Assembly (NCBI RefSeq): GCF_009914755.1 | Contig: NC_060935.1 | DNA length: 64,000 nt | Direction: 5' to 3' (one strand) | Origin: the human T2T-CHM13v2.0 reference genome, Homo sapiens | Shown here: positions 55,054 to 64,000 of the stretch, one piece after another | Layout: every line of letters begins with the position of its first letter | How positions within the stretch are numbered: position 1 is the stretch's first letter | Translations under genes and position numbers: made by a program | The notes under the pieces: model-generated | The model's input: the letters and a program-made list of their open reading frames with translations, nothing else | What the model was told of the DNA's origin: nothing | The model's database searches: none

Positions 55054-56294
55054 AAAGCCATTTCACAAACACCATATTTACAAAATATAAAAGTCTGTTG
55101 GGAGAATAAATCAGTACCTTTTTGTATTACTTGGTAAAACAAGGTATACATATAAGAAATAAGCCCATCAATTCTACTCTCAGTTGCACAAAAGGATGTG
55201 AACAAGACCTGGTAATTACAGCATTATAAACACACACACACATGCTCGCAAACCTCAAAAATGATTTTTAAAAATCAGAAAATCCCTCAAATGTGCATTA
55301 ATTTGAAATTATAGGATTTTCAGACAATAAAATATAAATTAGTGGTGAAATATGAATGAACCCTAAAATTACAAAATACATTTTTTAGAAAATTATGCAT
55401 ATTACAAAAACATATATGTATTAAGTCATATAAAGTTTAAAGGAAGGCAAAAATCCAGCATATTTTGTTTTAGAGGTGAATACACTAAAACTATAGGGAA
55501 AAACATATAATAATTTTTACAAAGTGAAGTAGTTACTTTGTGTGGCTCAGAGAAAGAGAAGAAATCTGAAAGGGGTATTTATAGTTTGTTTAGCTAAGTT
55601 ATGAACATATGGGGCTTTCTTTTAATATTATTATTCATTATTTCATTTTACATGTTTTAGTAATATGCAAAATTCATAGTAAAAAATGAAATACTTTTAT
55701 ATTTAGCCATAGATATTGAAATGATTCGTTTTACATTTCTATCATAGAACCCAAGACATGAGTTCAGAGCATAATGACCAAGAATTACAACAGATGTATT
55801 GTCCATTAATGGTGAGCCTGCAGGTCTTCAGATAAAAATTGTCTACCTAGGAACTTCATTACTACTTATTAGAAACTTTCATGTGCTCCTGGTTTATTAT
55901 TTATTTTGAATTTTAAATTCTCAGTTTTCTAAGGCACATGATATTAAAGGCAAGTATCTATGAATTTGTTTTTATATAAAAGTCCACTATCTTGCATTTA
56001 TCCATTCTTCACTCTATTTTTAGAGGTGTATTTTCAGAACCCTTAGACATTTGTTCAAACAGTTCAATATCATCTGGATTCAATAAAGATAGTAGGTTCC
56101 AGGTGTATTTTAAGCCATTTGGATTTTTGTACATTATTAAAGTTTGATGGATCAATGATAACAGGGTTTATATCCCAAAAGGAAACTATTTAGATCAGGG
56201 CAACTAAAAAATAGATTTACTATCTAAATATTAAATATTTCGAAAGAAAGTTTCTATCTCAGTACATTTTCTCAATCACTAACACCTGTGCACC

Positions 56295-56299
<5 letters not shown>

Positions 56300-56330
<31 letters not shown>

Positions 56331-56341
56331 TACACACACAA
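56300..56341. repeat. (CA)n microsatellite, interrupted
   Basis: About 13 pure CA units followed by interrupted units. Confidence 0.9.
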
Positions 56342-57399
56342 AAATTAAATGAGTTGGTAATTATAAAATGTGAATAATTATGCCTATTACTTACTATAAG
56401 TCCTAGGAGTGTTTCTTAAACAAATAAATGTTCATGCAAAAAAGTATATTTGGTACCAAAGATTCAAATCCCAAAGGTCTTTTAGGAGGGTGCAATGATA
56501 GCCTGCATTTCAAAGACAATGAAATTTTGAATGACTTCATAAACAACTTTGTACCACTATTCTTTTCTGATGTCCAGAGAATATGAAGATTGATATTTTA
56601 CTTTTCAACAGACAGAAAACTAGTTAATTGATGTGGTTAGCTGAAAGATGAAAGTGAACACTTGTAATAAAGCAGGTGTTAGAATGTTGTTCAAGAATAT
56701 TGTTAAATTTAGTGAAAATATTTTAAGACATCCAAGTATTTCAGCAGCTTCTGAGAATATAAACATTTTGGCAAAGTCTACATTTGTAAAATTACAAGGC
56801 ATGTTTTACAAAGATTAATGAGATTATATAATGATTTTGATCAATGTACCCACAAAAATAAGAAAATTCTGGTCAAATCTCTCCTTTTTTTATTGTATTT
56901 TGTGCTTGCCTCTACTCACCTATAATCTTCACTGCCAAAAGACACGTGAACAAAAGATAAGTGAGTTTATGCCTCAGTTACTGAGATAAGTTATTTCAAT
57001 TACATTTTCCCTGCACAACCAGATAATTTAGGGGAAAATAAAAATGGTTAAATGCATATTTTTGTGAACTTAACACTTGACTTTTTATTACTTGTCTTTT
57101 CAAATATGACTATATAATCTAATTATGGCTTTCCCCTAGGGGAAAAGGCTCAAAACATGATTTGAATTTGTTAGATTTTTTCCTGCTTAAAGAGTGCATT
57201 ACTTGAAAAATGCTTGTGTGCTGTAATACACTGACGAAGTCAAGTCAATAACTTGGCATAATCTGGTTATTCTGCCTGGCAATTACTTAACCTTTAAATA
57301 ATTTTCAAGCTATTTAAGCCAATAATTTCAAACCTAAAAGTTGACAAATATTATATATTTGATGAAATATTCTGAAGCCTATAAAAATATTTTTTCTTA

Positions 57400-58215
57400 A
57401 AAAATTACTAATGGTTGTTACAGGGAAGATATATTGATTAATGTCAAAATTAGTGGACTTTAAGAAGAAACAGAATATTTGCATAGCCTTAAAGTATCTC
57501 CTCAAAAGTTTAGTAACTACTGTAGTAGTTTAAATATATGGCCATAAACTTTTTGGTACCCTCTTCTGCAGGAGTTAGAGTTTAACAACCTTCATATGTG
57601 ACACAGCTCTTAGTAAATGGTATCTATGAATGGTATATAGAAAGAGGACAAAAAAACAAAACAGCAACTTGACATGGGAAAATTCTGGAAAACATCACAT
57701 TAACCAGGTAATCGAAGTGAACATCAACAGCAGGTCATCTTGATGTTATATGCTCCCTAATACGATTCAAAGAGTAAGGCTTATCACTTCTATAATATGC
57801 TTTCCTTCCCTCAAATCGAATAACCTCCAACTGTTTTGAGAAAATATCAAACATTGAGAGGTAATCTACAAAATACTCAACCACTATTTTGCAAAGCTAT
57901 AAGATCTTGAAAGACATAAAACTATCACATATTAGAGATTAGGGAGGAGACTAAAGATGATTAAATGCAATGTGTCATTCTATATTGGATCCTTGAACAG
58001 ATCAATATCAGACTTGTGAAAAAAAATGGAAAAATGTAATCAAGTCTGTAATTCAGTTAATAGTAATGTCACAATGTTAATTTGTTATTTTTGATAAACA
58101 TACTATGACTGTGTAGGAAGTTAATGCTAAGGAGAGCAGGATGAAGGGCACATGACAAATGTCTCTTCAAATCTTCCACAAATCTAAATATATTTGAAAA
58201 TAAAAATTGTTAAAA
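57400..58215 (+). mobile_element. L1MC4-like 3' UTR
   Basis: 'aacagaatatttgcatagccttaaagtatctcc...taaatgcaatgtgtcattctatattggatccttgaacag...aaatctaaatatatttgaaaataaaa'. Confidence 0.7.
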
Positions 58216-59489
58216 ATAAACATAAAAAATATGACTGTCTCTTAAATAGAAAAAGTAGACATTTTCTTTTTCTCAGTAAAAAATGAGGGAAACCATATGC
58301 CTTCATTGCCTCTTTCGAATATATATATTTTTGTTTATCTAGCATTTGTTACCCATCCCACCTGAAACTCAGTTTCTTGTTTCCAGATTTTCCTCTAAAA
58401 AGTCACTTCTCTGAAGCCCTACTTCTCAGTTCGTGTTGTTCAAGTGAGGTAGCTAAAAGTAACAAGAACTTGGATTTAAACAATTCAAGGATGTACATTT
58501 CCCCTGGCCATAGAGATTCATTCTACGGTGCTCATGTCATTACTCCACCAGAGCCAGTGAAATGAATGAGACTTATTGAGATTTATGATAAGTAGTTACT
58601 CTTTCTATTGTACTTGAATTAGGCAAGATGTGAAAAAAATACCATAACCAACATGGAACAAAGTGGCTCCATGGAAAGTGGAACAAAGAGAAAAAGAGAC
58701 CTTAGTGATATCATTCATGTGTCTGATCAAATTTTGTCTTATGCTCACTCTACTCCTGGACTTTTCAGTTATATTATCCAAATAAGTCACTTTTTAGAGT
58801 TGCCATATTGTATATGTTTTTTTCTGACTCATGGAACTAATGAATATAATAGTTAAAATAAAATTAACATGGGTAAAAATTTTCAAGATGTTTATTTGAC
58901 CAACGAGTAAATTGTATAACGTGGTCATAGTATTTAGTACTGGAATTAAACAGATTTGATCTTACTTGATATTAATTTATTATTAATATTATTAATTATT
59001 ATTGTTGTTGTTTTATCATTACTTCGAACAGAAATTTGGCTATAACATACTCTATGTGCCATGGGAAATAATGCTTTTTTTTTGCTACAGGTTTCAGTCT
59101 GTCTAATAGGCATTCACATAGAATTAATCTCTGGGAGTTATTATGAGTATTATTTAATATTTTATAAATGCATATGTATGGCTAAGAGTATAGTCTTAAA
59201 AACATGAAATAATCATAGACTAATAATAAATTACTTTAACTTTCTATCAATAACAGCAAAATCTATGTAGTTATTGTTAGAAAGCTAATTTATTTTCTTG
59301 CCATTCACATATTTACCTGCAGTTTTTATCTTCCAAAATGCCAGAATTTGAGAGTTCATCAACTTTCAAAGAAGTATATGTGAAAGTGAATATTATATGA
59401 AATGATTATATATAATACAAGACTATCTTGTCTCAAAAGCAATCACAGGATGTCATGATTCCTTGTGCTAAAAATTGGTTAATACGTGT

Positions 59490-59635
59490 GCATATATGCT
59501 GGAGTCCCATAATTCAGTTTTGTAACCACTAGTCACATCAAAATTAAATAACATAAGATTTTCATCTCCCCGGTCACAGTAGCTACATTTCCATTTCAAT
59601 ATGAGACTTGTTGCTACCACATTTAACGGTACATT
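59490..59635. mobile_element. MER3/MER33-like hAT MITE
   Basis: 'tgtaaccactagtcacat...ggtcacagtagctacatttc...gttgctaccacattta'. Confidence 0.55.
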
Positions 59636-60019
59636 TAGAACACTACATTGCATACAAAGTCCTATTGGAAAGTGGTATGATAGAGTTAAAAAAATTAAAG
59701 AGGGAAGTAAACTGTCTTCAAAGGTAAAAAATGTATTTGGTTACAATAAATGGTAGCATAATCACTGTAGATATAATACATCCTCTGTGGGAAACTCCCT
59801 CAGGCTAATTTGCTTGAGAATTTCTCATAATGTCCAGAACCAAAATTTACTGCTCTGCAGAGAACACATCTAATCATCAAATTTTGCATGTGGTGATTTC
59901 ACATTTTGATAAAATCTGTGCTCTGAATGTCATACTCATTGTCCACTAAAGGTCAATACTTCTACCTTATTCATCTGCAAAGTAATATGCATTAAGTAAT
60001 AATTAAATTTTTATAGGTG

Positions 60020-61700
60020 CCCAATATCAACTACTTTCTTTGGCGTTTCCCTGCTCCAATTCATTTCCCACAGTTCTGGCAGAGTTATCTTTCTAAAAGC
60101 AGTTCTGATGACATCAATCTCCTCTTTGAAAAGCTTCAATAATTCTAACTTCTTAGGAAGTTCATCTGCCTTAGAAGGATTTACAAAATTGTTGTCAATA
60201 CTCACCTAACTTATGGTTTAGCCATATCTGTCACGTTCTTCCTATTTGACCTCTGGCAACATGAGCATTCTTCAGTACAGGTTTTACTTTTTTAGCTTCC
60301 TAATCTTTGCCTGGAATGCTGTTCTTTCTCTTCTCTGCTTACAGTATCCTTTTCTCTTTCCAGATACAGCTCAGATGCCTCATTTACTAGTATATCTCTA
60401 GTGTCTACAAATCACTTCACTATCGGGGAACCTGCCCCGATAGTCACGTAGGTTCTTTTCTATTTTCCCTGAGCTTCAGCCGGCTTGAGAAATAAAGGGA
60501 CAGAGTACAAAAGAGAGAAATTTTAAAGCTGGGGCATCCGGGGGAGACATCACATGTCTGTAGGTTCCGTGATGCCCCACAAGCTGTAAAACCAGCAAGT
60601 TTTTATTAGGGAGTTTCAAAAGGGGAGGGAGTATATGAATAGGGTGTGGGTCACAGACATCAAGTACTTCACAAGGTAAGAGAATATCACAAGGCAAATA
60701 GAGGCAGGGTGAGATCACAGGACCACAGGACCGGACTGGGGCAAAATTAAAATTGCTAATGAAGTTTCAGGCACCATTGTCATTGATAACATCTTATCAG
60801 GAGACAGGGTTTTGAGAGCAACCAATCTGACCAAAATTTATTAGGCAGGAATTTCTTCTTCCTAATAAGCCTGGGAGCGCTATGGGAGACTGGGGTCTAT
60901 TTCACCCCTGCAGTCTACAGACCATAAAATACGGCCACACCTGGGGGGCCATCTATAGACCTACCCCTAGGCGCGTATTCTCTTTCCCAGGGATGCTCCT
61001 TGCTGAGAAAAAGAATTCAGCGATATTTCTCCCATTTGCTTTTGAAAGAAGAGAAATATGGCTCTGTTCCACCTGGCTCACCGGTGGTCAGAGTTTAAGC
61101 TTATCTCTCTTGTTTCCTAAACATTGCTGTTATCCTGTTCTTTTTTCAAGGTGCCCAGATTTCATATTGTTCAAACACACATGCTCTACAATTTGTGCAG
61201 TTAATGCAATTATCACAGGGTCCTGAGGCAACATACCTCCTCCTCAACTGACAGGATTAAGAGATTAAAGTAAAGACAGGCATAGGAAATCACAAGGGTA
61301 TTGATTGGGGAAGTGATAAGTGTCCATGAAATCTTTACAATTGATGTTTAGAGATTGCAGTAAAGACAGGCATAAGAAATTATAAAAGTATTAATTTGGG
61401 GAACTAACAAATGTCCATGAAATCTTCACAATCCACGTTCTTCTGCCATGGCTTCAGCCAGACCCTCCATTTGGGGTCCCTGACTTCCCACAACACTTCA
61501 CTGTTATGGTCTTAGGATTTATTATACACTTCCATAAAAATATGGGTCTATTCTACTCTACAGATTTCTGTGTGTGTCTGCCTCTTTCACTACACTTTGA
61601 ATCCATAGAGGACAGACAACACATATTATCCCAGGAGCTCCTTCACCTGCTATATACCAAGCACACAATAGATATTCAATATATATTTATTGACTAAATA
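60020..61700 (+). mobile_element. L2 3' portion split by MER11
   Basis: 'cagagttatctttctaaaagcagttctgatgacatca...tgcctggaatgct' left of the LTR; 'gcacacaatagatattcaatatatatttattgactaaat' to its right. Confidence 0.65.
60421..61495 (-). mobile_element. Solo MER11 (MER11C-like; HERV-K11/HML-8) LTR
   Basis: 1075 bp; ends 'ggggtccctgacttcccacaaca'; perfect 6-bp TSD CTTCAC at 60415-60420 and 61496-61501; internal ~85-bp tandem duplication. Confidence 0.93.
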
Positions 61701-62397
61701 TCATTTTGTACTTGCACTATCAATTTGTCTAAATTTTGTTCAATTTGGGGAGTGGGATAGATTTAGTCTTACCTCATTATTTTACAGCTTAGGAAACTGA
61801 AATTGAAAGACTAAAATTATTCTCAAGGTCACATTACTAATAGAAGTAGGAAATTAGAAAAAATTGATGATGATTAAGTATTCAAAACAGATAATATCTC
61901 ACTAGATACAGCTAAAGAAATCAAATAAGGGAAGGCATTAACTTCTCTTATCACAGGTGATAGAAAGAAGGAGAAAGAAATAATGCTGAATTTTGATTTT
62001 CCAGATTGAGAGATAAAATATTACTATGGCCCATTTCCTTCCAGTTCTCTGCATGAAGGTGATTGGTGGTGGGAAAGATAAGCTGTTGGAAAAACAGACT
62101 TATGCAAAAAATAAGTTATTAAGATCTATAACATCTATATCTATATATATGCTTCAAATAATTTTTTGTGAAAATTTTTTCTAGGTAGTCTTTTATAACA
62201 TGAAACTAAGAATTTCGTCAGCTATCAAATATACCATATACTGAAATATAAAGCTATAAAAAGACTGAAAAAATGGTGAAAAATATATTAGGCATGTTCT
62301 TCACCAAATTATGTGAGAAAATAAGCACATATTTCAATAATTAAAATTATTTTGATTCAGTGTTACATTGTAAGGACTATGACTATGAAAATATTAA

Positions 62398-64000
62398 ATT
62401 ATCAACCAAAAAAATCCCTGGACCAGATTAATAGCCAAATTCTACTGACATACAAAGAAAAGCTAGTACCAATCATGCTGTAATTATTCTCAAAAAATGA
62501 GGAGGAGGGACTTTTCCGTAACTCATTTTACAATGCCAGCATCATTCTGGTACCAAAACCTGGCAGAGACACAACAAAAATAGAAAACTTCAATCCAATA
62601 TCCCTGATACACATAGATGCAAAACTTCTCAACAAAATACTAGCAAATCAAAAGTAACAGCACATCTAAAAGCTAATCCATCACAATGAAATAGGCTTTA
62701 ATCCTTGGATGCAAGATTGATTCAACATACACAAATCAATTAATGTCATTCGTAAACAAAATGAAAACAACATGATCATCTCAAGAGATGCAGAAAAGGC
62801 TTTCAATAAAATTCAACATCCGTTCATGTTTAAAACTCTCAATAAACTAGGCATTGAAGGAACATATATCAAAATAGTAAGACCCATCTATGACAAACCA
62901 ACAGCCAACATCATACTGAAGGGGCAAGAGCTGGAAGCATTCCCCTTGAGAACTAGAACAAGACAAGGATACCCACCCTTACCACTCTTGTTCATCATAC
63001 TACTGGAAGCCCTAGCCAGAACAGTCAGGAAAGAGAAATAAATAAAAGGTGTACAAATCGAAGAGAGGAAGTCAAACTGTCTCTTTTCGCAGATGATATT
63101 ACTCTATAACTAGGAAACCCCACAGACTCTGCCGAAAGACTCCTAGAACTGATAAATAACTTTGGTAAAGTTAAAGGGTACAAAATCAATGTAATCAATG
63201 TACACACATCAGTAGCATTTCTATATAGCAATAATATTCAAGCTGAGCGCAATCCCATTCACAATAGCCATGAAAAGAATAAAATACCCAGGAATACAGC
63301 TAACCAAAGAAATCAAAGATCTCTGAAAGGAGATTACAAAACACTGCTGAAAGAAATAAGAAATAACACAAACAAGTGGAAAAATATTCCAAACTCATCA
63401 ATAGCAAAAATCAATATTATTAAAATGGCCATATAGCCCAAAACATTGCACAGATTTGATGCTATTCTTATCAAACTATTAATGTCATTTTTCACAGAAT
63501 TAGAAAAAATCTAAAATTCATATGGAAATAAAAAGAGCCCAAATAGTCAAGACAATCCTAAGGAAAAGGTAGAAAGCCAGAGACATCATATTACCAGACT
63601 GCAAACTATACTACAAGGTAGTATAACCAAAACAACATAGTACTGGTATAAAGCACGCACTTAGACCAATGGAATAGGTTAGAGAACCCAGAAATAAAGC
63701 TTCACACCTACACACATCTGATCTTTGACAAAGTTCACAATAACAAGCAATGGGGAAAGGACTCCCTATTTAATAAATGGTCCTGGGAAAACTGGCTAGT
63801 TATATGCCAAAATGGGAACAGATCACTGTCTTTTACCATATACAAAAATCAACTGAAGCTGGATTAAAAGCTTAAATGTAATACCAAAAACTATAAAAAC
63901 CCTAGAAGAAAACCTAGGAAATACCATGATGGACATCAGCCTTGGCAAAGAGTTTATGATTAAGTCCCCAAAAGCAATTGAAACAAAAACAAAAATGGGC
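62398..64000 (+). mobile_element. 5'-truncated old L1PA/L1PB ORF2, running off the window
   Basis: ORF 62772-63041 [19 protein letters not shown]...[10 protein letters not shown]; 'tttcgcagatgat' (FADD motif). Confidence 0.93.

Noticed and set aside
61260-61435. ~85-bp tandem duplication
   Set aside because: To my knowledge this is an internal feature of MER11 LTRs rather than something locus-specific.

Overview
This is not microbial DNA. It is AT-rich primate genomic sequence (human-like: AluJ/S, THE1A, LTR7/HERV-H, MER11, LTR3, HSMAR2, MADE1, L1PA/PB/MA). It looks like a gene desert or a very large intron. I see no intact protein-coding gene, RNA gene or CRISPR array, and nearly all ORFs in the track are decayed transposon frames or low-complexity artefacts. 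The window is mostly interspersed repeats, with several nested insertions whose order can be read from target-site duplications (TSDs): an L1PA inside HSMAR2, LTR7 inside THE1A-int, LTR3 inside an L1MA, Alu inside MLT1A inside MIR, and MER11 inside L2. The most unusual features are three. (1) A ~3.2-kb AT-rich compound minisatellite (4607-7807) built from hairpin-forming units and bracketed by a 17-bp direct repeat. (2) A ~1.1-kb relic of an RTE-clade LINE that I recognised from translated motifs. (3) An L1 deletion junction carrying an inverted templated insert. I cannot support a claim of a new multi-gene system here. Repeat subfamily names come from remembered consensus sequences and need RepeatMasker/Dfam confirmation.
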